Below, piece by piece: positions 10,514 to 21,050 of a stretch of 64,000 nucleotides of DNA. Position 1 is the first letter of the stretch. Every line of letters begins with the position of its first letter. The position numbers were made by a program, and so were the translations under genes. The stretch covers positions 2,470-66,469 of IMG/VR virus record IMGVR_UViG_3300043466_002106. The stretch is one strand, 5' to 3'. The stretch comes from a virus. The notes below the pieces were generated by a model. The model did no database searches. It was not told where the DNA came from and worked only from the letters and a program-made list of their open reading frames with translations.

Positions 10514-11670
10514 AAAACATACAATTATTTATCCCAAAATTTAGAAACGAAGAAATCTTTGAACACATGTCAACTTGTTTAGACAAGGGATGGACTGGTT
10601 TAGGATTTAAAACCGTTGAAATTGAAAATGAATGGAAATCTTATACAGGATTACCACATGCTCATTTTATAAACTCAAATACTTCAGGTCTTCATTTGGC
10701 GGTGAAAATATTGAAGGATGCAAATAAATGGTCCGATGACGATGAAATCATTACAAGTCCATTAACATTTGTATCATCAAATCATGCAATAATGTATGAA
10801 AATTTAAAACCTGTATTCGCAGATGTGGATGAATATTTGTGTTTAGACCCAGCATCAGTAGAATCAAAAATAACTAAAAAAACAAAAGCAGTTTTGTTTA
10901 TTGGTATTGGTGGTAACACTGGTGAACTTTATAAAATTATCGAATTATGTAAAAAACATAAGTTAAAGTTAATTTTAGACGCGGCTCACATGTCAGGTAC
11001 ATTTGCAAAAACCCCATCAACAGGTGAAGTTGAACATGTCGGTCATGGTGCCGATGTAACCGTATTTAGTTTCCAAGCTGTTAAGAACTTACCAACCGCA
11101 GATTCGGGTATGATTTGTTTTGCAAATGAGGACTACGATACTTTAGTAAGAAAACTATCTTGGTTAGGTATTGATAAAGACACATACCAAAGAAGTAACG
11201 ATAAAGGAAATTATAAATGGGAATACGACTTAGTTGATGTTGGTTACAAATACCACGGAAACTCAATAATGGCATCAATGGCATTGGTTGGTTTAAAATA
11301 CCTTGACGAAGATAATGACAGAAGACGAGAAATCTGTGAAAAATATGAAAACGAATTAACCAAACATGGAATTCAAACCATAAAGACACATAACGATTGT
11401 GTGTTATCGTCAAGACATTTATTTCAAATTGTTGTAAATCAACGAAATAAATTCATGGAATTATTAAACTCAAATGGAGTTTATCCTGGAGTTCATTATA
11501 GAGACAATACCAATTATAAAATGTACAAACATGGATTTGGGACATGTCCAAATTCTTTAACAATATCTGAAAAATTAATAACATTACCATTACATATGAA
11601 TTTAACCGATGAGGATATTGATTATGTAATCGAACAAGTGATAAAAGTTAACCAACAAATAGAAGGATGA
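10510..11670 (+). CDS. DegT/DnrJ/EryC1/StrS sugar aminotransferase
   Basis: SNTSGLH, DAAH, FSFQAVKNL (PLP Lys present), LPLH. Confidence 0.9.
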   Translation: MKNIQLFIPKFRNEEIFEHMSTCLDKGWTGLGFKTVEIENEWKSYTGLPHAHFINSNTSGLHLAVKILKDANKWSDDDEIITSPLTFVSSNHAIMYENLKPVFADVDEYLCLDPASVESKITKKTKAVLFIGIGGNTGELYKIIELCKKHKLKLILDAAHMSGTFAKTPSTGEVEHVGHGADVTVFSFQAVKNLPTADSGMICFANEDYDTLVRKLSWLGIDKDTYQRSNDKGNYKWEYDLVDVGYKYHGNSIMASMALVGLKYLDEDNDRRREICEKYENELTKHGIQTIKTHNDCVLSSRHLFQIVVNQRNKFMELLNSNGVYPGVHYRDNTNYKMYKHGFGTCPNSLTISEKLITLPLHMNLTDEDIDYVIEQVIKVNQQIEG

Positions 11671-12308
11671 GTAGTATTGTAATTTTAGGTGCTGCAGGTC
11701 TTGCAAAAGAATTTTACTATTATGTAAAAAGAGCAAAACCTGAAATAACTAATTTCATTTTTGTTAATGATTTAGATGATGGTCAAACATCATTTGATAT
11801 TGATGGTGAAGTATTTCCTGTGGTTAAAGATTGGTCATTTAAAGAAAACTATAAATTTATAGTTGCCGTTGGTAGTCCAAAAATAAAAAAGATTTTAGTT
11901 ACAAAGGCACTATCATCAGGGTTAGTACCATCTGAAACAATTGTTGACCCGTCAGCAATTGTATTAATGGATAAAAAAAATTTAGGACGTGGCGGTATTG
12001 TTTCACCAGGTTGTGTGGTTACTTCTAATGTCACGTTTGGTGACTACGTAACACTAAACTTAAATACCACGGTTGGTCACGATACAATTATTGGCGACTA
12101 TTGCACCACAAATCCTGGTGTTCATATTTCAGGTCAAATAACAATGGGTTCTTCTAATGAATTTGGAACAGGATGTATTGTTAGAGATAGATTGAACATC
12201 GGGTCAAATAAAACTTTTGGTGCTCAAACTGCTGTAGTTAAAGACATTTTGGGGGATGAACCTGAAGTATATGTTGGAATCCCATCTAAACTTTTAGTTA
12301 AAAAATAA
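11667..12308 (+). CDS. sugar N/O-acetyltransferase (NeuD/PglD-like hexapeptide repeat)
   Basis: GAAGLA, VAVGSP, TVGHD, VYVGIP; hexapeptide repeats. Confidence 0.88.
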   Translation: MSSIVILGAAGLAKEFYYYVKRAKPEITNFIFVNDLDDGQTSFDIDGEVFPVVKDWSFKENYKFIVAVGSPKIKKILVTKALSSGLVPSETIVDPSAIVLMDKKNLGRGGIVSPGCVVTSNVTFGDYVTLNLNTTVGHDTIIGDYCTTNPGVHISGQITMGSSNEFGTGCIVRDRLNIGSNKTFGAQTAVVKDILGDEPEVYVGIPSKLLVKK

Positions 12309-12311
12309 AAT

Positions 12312-13115
12312 ATGCATACAGTAAACAAAATTTCAAATTGGGATATTCGAGTAGATATTCAAACAGATAAACCATGTGAGTTATACGTAGACACGTTCCC
12401 ATCAGGACCTAAAGAATGTTTAAGAGTTCTTTGGTCTGTTGAACCAAATGAAATCTCAGGATTAAGAGATATTGTAATTGGTAGACATGAGGAGTTTGAT
12501 TTGATTTTAACTTGGCATAAAGAAGTTTTAGATAATTGTCCAAACGCGAGATTATTTCCACACGGAATGTCTTGGATTTTAGATTTTGATTTAACTTCAG
12601 AAAAAGAATATTGTGTCACTTCAATTGTTGGGGGTAAAAGATTAACTCCAAATCAAATTGTAAGACAAGAATTATCAACAGTAACAGACCAAATTACTTC
12701 AGTACCATTACATCTATTCAATAGTAGGAATAATCCATACACAGGAGAACCTACAATTAATAGAGTTATGCAAGATGGAGATAGAAAAAATGAATTATTC
12801 TATTCTCAATATCATATCGCAATTGAAAATGTATGTCAACCAAATTACTTCAGTGAAAAACTTGTTGATTGTTTTCAAACCAACACAATTCCAATTTATT
12901 TAGGATGTCCAAATATTGAGGACTTTTTTGATGTTAAAGGTATGTTCATAGTTAATACATTAGAAGATATCGTTAATGTTTGTAATTCAATTACCCCTGA
13001 AACATACAATGAAATGTCACCTTACGTTAAAGAAAATTACGAAAGGAGTATCAAATACGCTAAGTTCAGAGAAACATTAAGAGATGAAGTTATTGAATTC
13101 GTTAAAAATTCTTAA
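12312..13115 (+). CDS. GT10-like (alpha-1,3-fucosyltransferase-type) glycosyltransferase
   Basis: YHIAIEN...NYFSEKLVDCF...IPIYLG resembles the GT10 signature. Confidence 0.75.
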   Translation: MHTVNKISNWDIRVDIQTDKPCELYVDTFPSGPKECLRVLWSVEPNEISGLRDIVIGRHEEFDLILTWHKEVLDNCPNARLFPHGMSWILDFDLTSEKEYCVTSIVGGKRLTPNQIVRQELSTVTDQITSVPLHLFNSRNNPYTGEPTINRVMQDGDRKNELFYSQYHIAIENVCQPNYFSEKLVDCFQTNTIPIYLGCPNIEDFFDVKGMFIVNTLEDIVNVCNSITPETYNEMSPYVKENYERSIKYAKFRETLRDEVIEFVKNS

Positions 13116-13116
13116 T

Positions 13117-13734
13117 ATGGATAACGAAATTTCTTTCTCAATCGAATCAATTAGTGAGGGTCACCACAAAGTATCTTATCGTGGTATTAAACTAATTAAA
13201 GACCCTTTTGATTATCTACTATACCAAATGATTATTAATGAGGTTAAACCCGATTTAATTATTGAAATTGGCACTAACCATGGGGCATCGGCTCTCTACA
13301 TGGCAGATATGTTAGATTTATTAGGTAATGGTATGATTCACACCATGGATATCATGGAATACCCAATGCACCCATTAATTGTCAATAACCCAAGAATTAA
13401 AAGATTTTTAGGAGGTTTTGAAGGTTATGATTTAAAAAATGCCGAAGGTTACAATAACATATTGGTTATTGATGATGGGTCTCACCTATATAGTCATGTA
13501 AAAATAGCTATGAATAAATTTAAAGATTTGGTTTCTGTTAATTCTTATTTTATTATTGAAGACGGGGCATTAAACCATATTGGTCTTGAACAACAATATA
13601 GTGGTGGTCCACTAAGAGCAATAGGTGAATTTTTACCCAATAACCCTAATTTCCAAATTGATAGAAAATGGTGTGATTTTTTTGGTAAAAACGCCACTTT
13701 CAATCCAAATGGATATATTAAAAGATTATATTAA
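13117..13734 (+). CDS. CmcI / cephalosporin-hydroxylase-family (rhamnosyl O-methyltransferase-like) methyltransferase
   Basis: KPDLIIEIGTNHGAS, VIDDGSH, NPNGYIKR; start moved to ATG 13117. Confidence 0.85.
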   Translation: MDNEISFSIESISEGHHKVSYRGIKLIKDPFDYLLYQMIINEVKPDLIIEIGTNHGASALYMADMLDLLGNGMIHTMDIMEYPMHPLIVNNPRIKRFLGGFEGYDLKNAEGYNNILVIDDGSHLYSHVKIAMNKFKDLVSVNSYFIIEDGALNHIGLEQQYSGGPLRAIGEFLPNNPNFQIDRKWCDFFGKNATFNPNGYIKRLY

Positions 13735-14516
13735 TGAGTTTTGTATCAACAAAATTAATGGGTGGATTAGGAAATTATCTATTCCAGATATCCACGGCTT
13801 ATTATCTATGTCTAAGAGATAATAAAGAATTGTTATGTGATGTGTCCGATTCAATGGTACCTCATAAACCATATTCAAACTACACATCAAATATTTTTAG
13901 AAACGTTAAGTTCATTAATGGTGTTACTGATTTTACTCCATTAGGTGAATCGGGATTCTCATATACTCCGCTACCTCAAATTGACGGTAACGTTAAATTA
14001 TATGGTCACTTTCAAAGTGAAAAATATTTCATGGATTATAGAAACGAAATATTGGAATTGTTTAAAATTGATGATGAAACAAATCAAAAATTAATTAACA
14101 AATACGGTGAACTATTAAAACTTGATACTTGTTCGATTCACGTCAGACGTGGAGATTATTTAGGTTTACAAAATCACCACCCAATCCAACCAATAGAATA
14201 TTACCAAAAAGCAATTAATCTTATTGGTGAAGATAAACATTTCTTAATATTCTCTGACGACATTAAATGGTGTGAAGAAAATTTTAGTTTCTTAAATAAT
14301 AAAACATTTGTGTCGGACAATTTAGATTACGAAGATTTGTATTTGATGTCGATGTGTAATAATAACATATTGGCAAATTCTACATTTAGTTGGTGGGGGG
14401 CATGGATGAATCAAAATGAAAATAAACAAGTCATTATACCGTCAAAATGGTTTGGTATTTCCAATTCACATTTGAACACTAATGACTTATATTGTGATAA
14501 ATGGATTAAATTATGA
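13734..14516 (+). CDS. GT11 alpha-1,2-fucosyl/colitosyltransferase
   Basis: GGLGNYLFQ, FQSEKYF, SIHVRRGDY, FSDDIKW, NSTFSWWGA. Confidence 0.92.
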   Translation: MSFVSTKLMGGLGNYLFQISTAYYLCLRDNKELLCDVSDSMVPHKPYSNYTSNIFRNVKFINGVTDFTPLGESGFSYTPLPQIDGNVKLYGHFQSEKYFMDYRNEILELFKIDDETNQKLINKYGELLKLDTCSIHVRRGDYLGLQNHHPIQPIEYYQKAINLIGEDKHFLIFSDDIKWCEENFSFLNNKTFVSDNLDYEDLYLMSMCNNNILANSTFSWWGAWMNQNENKQVIIPSKWFGISNSHLNTNDLYCDKWIKL

Positions 14517-15433
14517 AAATATTAGTTACAGGCTCAAATGGATTATTAGGAAGAGCATTAAAAAAAGTTTTAGGTGATGGTCACGTATACCACACAAGAA
14601 AAGATGTTGATTTAACAAATTATGAAGAAACATTTAAATACTTTCAAGATAAAGTATTAAATGAAGGTGTGGATACCGTTATTCATACCGCAGCTAAAGT
14701 TGGTGGTGTTAATGCGAACATGAACAATAACCAAACATTTTTTAATGACAACTACATTATTAATAGTAATGTAATTAAAGCGTGTTCAATTCTTCAAATT
14801 GATAATTTTGTAAATATATTATCAACTTGCATTTTCCCACATGAGAATATTGTCTATCCATTAACCTCAGACCAAATTGATAAAGGAGCTCCACACCCAT
14901 CAAATTATGGGTACTCATATGCTAAAAGATTATCAGGATATGAAACACAAATCTTTAGGGATGTTTTAAAGAAAAATTGGTACTCAGTAGTACCAACAAA
15001 TCTTTATGGACCTTATGACAATTTTAATTTAGAAGATAGTCATTTAATCCCTGGTATGATTCACAGAGCATATTTAGCAAAACAAAACAATGAAAAATTT
15101 GTTATTTGGGGGGATGGTTCACCATTAAGACAGTTTGTTTATTCAGAAGATATGGCAAAATTAATTGTGTGGTCTTTAACTAATTGGAATTCTGAAAAAC
15201 ATTGTATGATGATAGATGAGACCGAAGTTTCTGTGATGGAGGTTGCAAATATAATCACCAAAAAATTTGGATTTAATGATAACGATTTAGTGTTTGACGA
15301 AACTAAACCAAGAGGTCAATTTAGAAAACCAGCGGCGTCAGATATTAAAGATTTTGAGTTTAAGCCAATTGAAGAGGGTATTAATGAAACTATCGATTGG
15401 TTTATAAACAATTACGAAAACGCTAGAAAATGA
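14513..15433 (+). CDS. GDP-L-fucose synthase / GDP-colitose synthase (Fcl/ColC-type SDR)
   Basis: TGSNGLLG, AAKVGG, STCIFP, YSYAK, PTNLYGPYDNF, WGDGSPLRQF. Confidence 0.9.
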   Translation: MKILVTGSNGLLGRALKKVLGDGHVYHTRKDVDLTNYEETFKYFQDKVLNEGVDTVIHTAAKVGGVNANMNNNQTFFNDNYIINSNVIKACSILQIDNFVNILSTCIFPHENIVYPLTSDQIDKGAPHPSNYGYSYAKRLSGYETQIFRDVLKKNWYSVVPTNLYGPYDNFNLEDSHLIPGMIHRAYLAKQNNEKFVIWGDGSPLRQFVYSEDMAKLIVWSLTNWNSEKHCMMIDETEVSVMEVANIITKKFGFNDNDLVFDETKPRGQFRKPAASDIKDFEFKPIEEGINETIDWFINNYENARK

Positions 15434-16590
15434 AAAAAATAGATTTAATTCAAGATACAATTGACAATCAAGATATTGACAATTTAATTCAATGGTTAAA
15501 GGAATATCCAAGATTAACTAAAGGACCTAAAACAATTGAGTTTGAAACAAAATGGTGTGAATGGTTAGGGTCCAAATATTCAATATTTGTGAATTCTGGT
15601 TCATCCGCGAATTTACTTATGTTATACGCTCTAAGAGTACTTAACAAAATGAAGAATAATAAAGTTTGTGTTCCTGCGTTATGTTGGGCAACTGACTTAT
15701 CACCAGTACTTCAGTTTGATATGAAACCTTTATTAATTGATTGTAATTTAGATAATTTATCAATTGATTTAAAACATTTAGAAGAGGTGTTTAAAACAGA
15801 ACAACCATCAGTTTTACTATTAGTTTCGGTATTAGGATTGTCACCTGACATGGATTCAATAGTTGAGTTATGCCAAAAATATGATGTGATTTTACTTGAG
15901 GATAATTGCGAATCTCAAGGGACTAAATTTAAAGGAACTAAGTTAGGTAACTTTGGATTGATGTCTTCATTTTCAACATATTTTGGTCATACGATGTCCA
16001 CAATTGAGGGTGGTGTTATTACAACAAATGATGAGGAGATTTACCATACATTATTACAACTTAGAAGTCATGGATGGGATAGAGATTTACCTGAGTCAAA
16101 ACAACAAGAATTAAGAAAAGAATGGGAAATTTCGGATTTCTCAGCACTTTACACATTTTACATACCAGGGTTCAATTTAAGAAGTACAGATTTACAAGCA
16201 CAACTTGGAATCCAACAATTGTTAAAAGTTGACGGAATGATTAGTAATCGATTCCAAAATTTCCTATATTATAAATCAAGGTTGGAGGGTAAAATTTGGT
16301 TTCCAAAAACATTTAATGATGAGTTTACATCAAATTTTGCAATTCCTGTTATTACTAAAACACCTGAAGACAAACAAAGATTAATAAAGGAGTTAGAAGA
16401 AAATAACATTGCCTGTAGACCTTTAATTTCAGGGTCTATGGGAACACAACCATTTTATAAAAAATTGTATGGTGAAAATAAATTACCTAATTGTTCTATA
16501 ATCGATGAACGAGGAGTTTATGTTCCAAACCATGATAAGATGACAAAAGAAGATATCGATAGAGTTTGTGATATCTTACTAAAATATTAA
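15430..16590 (+). CDS. ColD-like GDP-4-keto-6-deoxy-D-mannose 3-dehydratase (DegT fold)
   Basis: NSGSSANLL, EDNCES, STYFGHTMSTIEGG with His where aminotransferases carry the PLP Lys; RSHGW, PGFNLR. Confidence 0.75.
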   Translation: MKKIDLIQDTIDNQDIDNLIQWLKEYPRLTKGPKTIEFETKWCEWLGSKYSIFVNSGSSANLLMLYALRVLNKMKNNKVCVPALCWATDLSPVLQFDMKPLLIDCNLDNLSIDLKHLEEVFKTEQPSVLLLVSVLGLSPDMDSIVELCQKYDVILLEDNCESQGTKFKGTKLGNFGLMSSFSTYFGHTMSTIEGGVITTNDEEIYHTLLQLRSHGWDRDLPESKQQELRKEWEISDFSALYTFYIPGFNLRSTDLQAQLGIQQLLKVDGMISNRFQNFLYYKSRLEGKIWFPKTFNDEFTSNFAIPVITKTPEDKQRLIKELEENNIACRPLISGSMGTQPFYKKLYGENKLPNCSIIDERGVYVPNHDKMTKEDIDRVCDILLKY

Positions 16591-16593
16591 AAT

Positions 16594-17379
16594 ATGTTGA
16601 GATTTACAAAACCAGCAAGAGGCAAAGATATTCATCAGAGAGGATATTTTTCATACATTACTGAAGGGATTATTCACATTTATAATGCAAAGTTAAATCA
16701 TCCAAACGAAAAATTTAAAGTTTATTTTGATTTATTCGACATATATGGATACGGTAAAGGAAACATTTTTGATGTTTGTTTTATTCAAGATACTGAAGAT
16801 TATAAATTAAACTTTAATAGTTATTCCAACATTGAATGGTTGGATACACTGACTCGTTTTGACCCATATGATGAAACAACTTTCACCAAAGAAAAATTTG
16901 AAACTTGTGAACAAATCATTAAAGAGCATTTGGTGTTAAACGATGAAATGAAAAATCTATTCTCATCAAGACATTCTCAAATTGATTTTACAAATACTAT
17001 TGGATTCCATAGAAGAGCAACAGATATGATACTACATCATATTCCAACAATACCTTTGGATAATATTTTTAGTTCAATTGAACAAGAAGAATTTGAAAAC
17101 ATATTTTTAATGTCTGACAATGTAGACGATTTAAATAAATTCAAACAAAGATATGGTAATAGATTAATAACCTTTGACGAATTTAGTACTTCAGAGTTGG
17201 ATAGTAACCCATTTTTTAAAATGAATAAAGATGAAGAATCAACTAAAAACCACATAAAAGAAATTGTGTTTGGTGCGTATACATTAGGGATGACAAAAAA
17301 ATTATATTGTACAAAATCTAATTTATCAACATTCTCAATATTATCAAACTCAAATTTAAACTATAAAAGATTAAATTAA
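16594..17379 (+). CDS. NodZ/GT23-like (O-fucosyltransferase-type) glycosyltransferase
   Basis: IGFHRRATD, IFLMSD, SNLS motifs. Confidence 0.6.
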   Translation: MLRFTKPARGKDIHQRGYFSYITEGIIHIYNAKLNHPNEKFKVYFDLFDIYGYGKGNIFDVCFIQDTEDYKLNFNSYSNIEWLDTLTRFDPYDETTFTKEKFETCEQIIKEHLVLNDEMKNLFSSRHSQIDFTNTIGFHRRATDMILHHIPTIPLDNIFSSIEQEEFENIFLMSDNVDDLNKFKQRYGNRLITFDEFSTSELDSNPFFKMNKDEESTKNHIKEIVFGAYTLGMTKKLYCTKSNLSTFSILSNSNLNYKRLN

Positions 17380-17380
17380 C

Positions 17381-18364
17381 ATGACAAAAAAAATTGCACT
17401 TATTACAGGAATAAATGGACAAGATGGTTCGTATCTGGCGGAATTTTTAATTGGGAAAGATTATGAAGTTCACGGTACATTGAAAAGAAATTCAGTCGCT
17501 GAAAATCAAACCGCAAGATTGGATAGTATCTATACTCAAATCAATTTACACTATGCAGATTTAACTGATTTGTCTTCGTTAATTTCCGTTATTCAAAAAG
17601 TTAATCCTGATGAGATTTACAATTTAGCCGCACAATCGCATGTTAGAATTTCATTTGACCAACCTATATACACAGCAAACGTCACTGGTCTTGGAACTCT
17701 TAACTTATTAGAGGCCGTTAAACTGATTAAACCATCAATTAAAATATACCAAGCATCGTCTTCCGAAATGTTTGGAAATTGTATTGATAAAGATGGATAT
17801 CAAAGAGAAACAACCCCGATGAATCCAGTATCTCCATACGGATGTGCTAAAGTATATAGTTATAACATCGCAAGAAACTATAGAAACTCTTACGGTATGT
17901 TTATTTCTAATGGTATTTTGTTTAATCACGAATCACCAAGAAGAGGTACAAATTTCGTAACAAATAAAGTTTGTAAAGAAGTTGTAAAAATACATTTAGG
18001 ATTATCTAATGAACTTAAACTTGGTAATTTAGACGCAACAAGAGATTGGGGTCATGCTAAAGATTACGTAGAAGCCATGTGGATGATACTTCAACAAGAT
18101 AAGTCCGATGATTATGTATGTTCTACAGGTATTTCACATTCAGTTCAAGACTTATGTGAATACACTTTTTCTAAATTTGGATTAGATTATAAAAAATATG
18201 TTAAATCTGATGAGAAGTTTTTGAGACCCGAAGAACTTCATAATTTAAAAGGAGATTCTTCAAAATTAAAATCAATAACAGGATGGTCACCTAATTATAC
18301 CTTTGAAACAATGCTCGACGAGATGTTAGAATATTGGATAAACTATTACACTAAAAATAAATAA
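17381..18364 (+). CDS. gmd: GDP-mannose 4,6-dehydratase
   Basis: ALITGINGQDGSYLAEFL, YNLAAQSHV, QASSSEMFG, SPYGCAK, NHESPRRG, RDWGHAKDYV. Confidence 0.97.
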   Translation: MTKKIALITGINGQDGSYLAEFLIGKDYEVHGTLKRNSVAENQTARLDSIYTQINLHYADLTDLSSLISVIQKVNPDEIYNLAAQSHVRISFDQPIYTANVTGLGTLNLLEAVKLIKPSIKIYQASSSEMFGNCIDKDGYQRETTPMNPVSPYGCAKVYSYNIARNYRNSYGMFISNGILFNHESPRRGTNFVTNKVCKEVVKIHLGLSNELKLGNLDATRDWGHAKDYVEAMWMILQQDKSDDYVCSTGISHSVQDLCEYTFSKFGLDYKKYVKSDEKFLRPEELHNLKGDSSKLKSITGWSPNYTFETMLDEMLEYWINYYTKNK

Positions 18365-19116
18365 TGGCAACAAAACCAAGTAGAAAATCTCCAACACCAA
18401 CACCTTTGGTACATGAAGAAAAAAACCCAAGAAGCAAAAAAGAAATCATTTGTTCAATCATAAAAAGAAAAACAAAAGAAAAGTTTTTAACTCAAACACA
18501 AAAAAATTATTATGATGTTCTCACTTCAAGCGAAGTAACAATTTGTTCAGGACCTGCAGGTGTTGGTAAAAGTTATATCACAATGAAAGCGGCAATTGAT
18601 TTATTATCAGACCCAAACACACCTTACGAAAAAATTATTATTGTAAGACCCGCAGTTGAAGCGGAAGAAAAATTAGGTAGTTTACCAGGTAATGTTGAAG
18701 AAAAATTAGACCCTTATATTTTCCCTTCCTATTATTTGTTAAATAAAATTATTGGAAAAGAAACTAGAGAAAAATTAAAAGAACTTGAAGTGATTGAAGT
18801 CTTTGCATTAGCATTCATGAGAGGTATGAATATTGATAATTCTATTTTAATTTTTGAAGAGGGTCAAAATGCAACTCCAAGTCAAATGAAACTTTTATTA
18901 ACAAGAATTGGATTTAATAGTAAATTTTTTATTTCAGGAGACGTTGAACAGTCGGACCGTTACAAAAACAAAACTCATAGCGGTTTATGGGATGCGATTG
19001 AAAAGTTTAGAGATTCAAGTGTAATTTCAACTTTTGAATTTAAAGATAAAAAAGACATTGTTAGAAATCCTTTAATCACTAAAATATTACAAAAATACGA
19101 TAACGAAGTAGAATGA
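18364..19116 (+). CDS. phoH: PhoH-family ATPase
   Basis: GPAGVGKS, RPAVEAEEKLGSLPG, AFMRG, EGQN, GDVEQSD, VRNPLI. Confidence 0.95.
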   Translation: MATKPSRKSPTPTPLVHEEKNPRSKKEIICSIIKRKTKEKFLTQTQKNYYDVLTSSEVTICSGPAGVGKSYITMKAAIDLLSDPNTPYEKIIIVRPAVEAEEKLGSLPGNVEEKLDPYIFPSYYLLNKIIGKETREKLKELEVIEVFALAFMRGMNIDNSILIFEEGQNATPSQMKLLLTRIGFNSKFFISGDVEQSDRYKNKTHSGLWDAIEKFRDSSVISTFEFKDKKDIVRNPLITKILQKYDNEVE

Positions 19117-19709
19117 GAATTGGTATAGAATTAAATGGAGTTTTGAGAGACACCCTTAAAAAAATCCAACAAGAATATGAAAAATGGTATTTAGAAAACC
19201 CATTTAAAGAAGATGAAGAAAAATCTGAATACGAAGTAATATCAGATTTAACCACATTAGACATTAGTAGTCACCTTAAATTTAAAGACGATGATGAATT
19301 ATATAATTTTTTATATAAAGAACATACTATGGAAATTTTTGGACATGCAGGGTCAGTTGAAAATTCAAGTATGATGGATTTTAATGAGTTTTACTTAGAC
19401 TTGAGGGATAATCACGATATATTAATCGTTTCGGATGAAATGGGTAAATCAAAACCAGCATCTTTATTCTTCATTTCAAAATTTGGATGTTTGGTTGAGA
19501 CGGTTAAATTTTACAGTGAATCTACAATAAATTCACTTTGGGACTCCGTAGACGTTTTACTTACGGCAAATCCTAAACTATTATTAAATTACCCAAAAGG
19601 TAAAAGAGTTATTAAATATGAGACATTATATAATACAGATATAAATATTGAACATTCAATAACCACTTTAAAAGATTTAAAAACAAAAATAACAGAACTA
19701 TATGATTAA
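19113..19709 (+). CDS. HAD-fold 5'(3')-deoxyribonucleotidase-like protein, motif I degenerate
   Basis: MRIGIELNGVLRD aligns with the IxIDxDGVLxD motif but both Asp residues are substituted. Confidence 0.6.
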   Translation: MRIGIELNGVLRDTLKKIQQEYEKWYLENPFKEDEEKSEYEVISDLTTLDISSHLKFKDDDELYNFLYKEHTMEIFGHAGSVENSSMMDFNEFYLDLRDNHDILIVSDEMGKSKPASLFFISKFGCLVETVKFYSESTINSLWDSVDVLLTANPKLLLNYPKGKRVIKYETLYNTDINIEHSITTLKDLKTKITELYD

Positions 19710-19995
19710 GGTATTAGGTGAAAACTACTATTTCGATTTGGATAAAATTGAAGAATATTTAGACATGAGTATTAAACCTGATGAGGAAGTCGAAGAAGAC
19801 GAATTTTCAGGTTCAACTGACATGAAAATTAATATAATAAAATTTGAAATGGTTAAAATGTTAATGGATACCATTTTAACAGAACATGAGGAAATAGATG
19901 AGAAATTAGGTATGAAATCAAGTAATAATACCAGCATCCCATTTAGATTATCTTTCAATAGCTTATTAAATAAAAAACTTATAAATCACTATTAA
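19702..19995 (+). CDS. hypothetical phage protein
   Basis: 97 aa, overlapping start/stop in the operon. Confidence 0.55.
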   Translation: MIKVLGENYYFDLDKIEEYLDMSIKPDEEVEEDEFSGSTDMKINIIKFEMVKMLMDTILTEHEEIDEKLGMKSSNNTSIPFRLSFNSLLNKKLINHY

Positions 19996-19996
19996 T

Positions 19997-21049
19997 ATGG
20001 ACGCATCGTTAAACGAAAAAGTAAAACTATCAATTCAAAATCTAAGAAATAAGAAATCAAGAATTTATTTCTTAGTACAAGACACTAAAGGAAACGCCAA
20101 AGCCTCTGTTAGATTAATTTATCAAATGGCAAAATCTCTTTTAGATTCAGGATTTAATCCAATAATTCTTCACGAGAAAAATGAATATGCTGGAGTTGTA
20201 GCTTGGATGGATGAAGAATATATGTCAATTCCTCATAAATCAATTGAAGGTCAAAATTTGGAAATTTCACCAGAAGATTTCATTATTGTACCTGAAATTT
20301 TTGGATTTATCATGGAACAGATTAAAAATTTACCTTGTGGTAAAATTGTTTTAACTCAAAATTATTCTCACATTGTTGAGACATTACAACCAGGACAAAG
20401 TTGGTCTCAATATGGCTTCTTTAAATGTATAACAACATCAAAAAAACAACAAGAGTATATTGAGAACGTGATGAGACAAACTAGTTTTGATATTGTTAAA
20501 CCATTAATTACCGACAGTTTTTATCCAAAAGAATTACCTCCAATGCCAATCATTGGTGTTCACACTAAAGAACAGGAAGATACAATTAACATCATTAAAA
20601 CTTTTTATCTAAAATTCCCACAATATAGATGGTTCACATTTAGAGATTTGAGAGGTCTTTCAGAAAAAGAATTTTCAAATTCTTTACGTGATTGTTTTGT
20701 CAGTGTTTGGATGGACGAACAAAGTGGGTTTGGTACATTCCCATTAGAATCTATGGCATCAGGTGTTCCTGTTATTGGTAAAGTACCTTATACTCAACCT
20801 GAGTGGATGAATGAAGATAATGGTGTTTGGGTTAGTGACCCAAATATGATTTGTGATTTTATTGCAGACTTCATTCAGAATTGGTTAGAAGATAATATCA
20901 AACCTGAACTTTACGATAACATGAAAAAAACAGTTGAAAACTACACAAATAAACAAGAATTTGACTCATCAGTTACTTCATTATTCGAAGAATATCTAAA
21001 CATAAGAGCAAATTCATTTGAAGAACAAATTTCTAAAACCGAAGAATAA
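19997..21049 (+). CDS. glycosyltransferase-like protein (GT-B)
   Basis: IVPE, SGFGTFPLESMASGVPVIG (GT4 ExxxxG motif). Confidence 0.75.
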   Translation: MDASLNEKVKLSIQNLRNKKSRIYFLVQDTKGNAKASVRLIYQMAKSLLDSGFNPIILHEKNEYAGVVAWMDEEYMSIPHKSIEGQNLEISPEDFIIVPEIFGFIMEQIKNLPCGKIVLTQNYSHIVETLQPGQSWSQYGFFKCITTSKKQQEYIENVMRQTSFDIVKPLITDSFYPKELPPMPIIGVHTKEQEDTINIIKTFYLKFPQYRWFTFRDLRGLSEKEFSNSLRDCFVSVWMDEQSGFGTFPLESMASGVPVIGKVPYTQPEWMNEDNGVWVSDPNMICDFIADFIQNWLEDNIKPELYDNMKKTVENYTNKQEFDSSVTSLFEEYLNIRANSFEEQISKTEE

Positions 21050-21050
21050 T

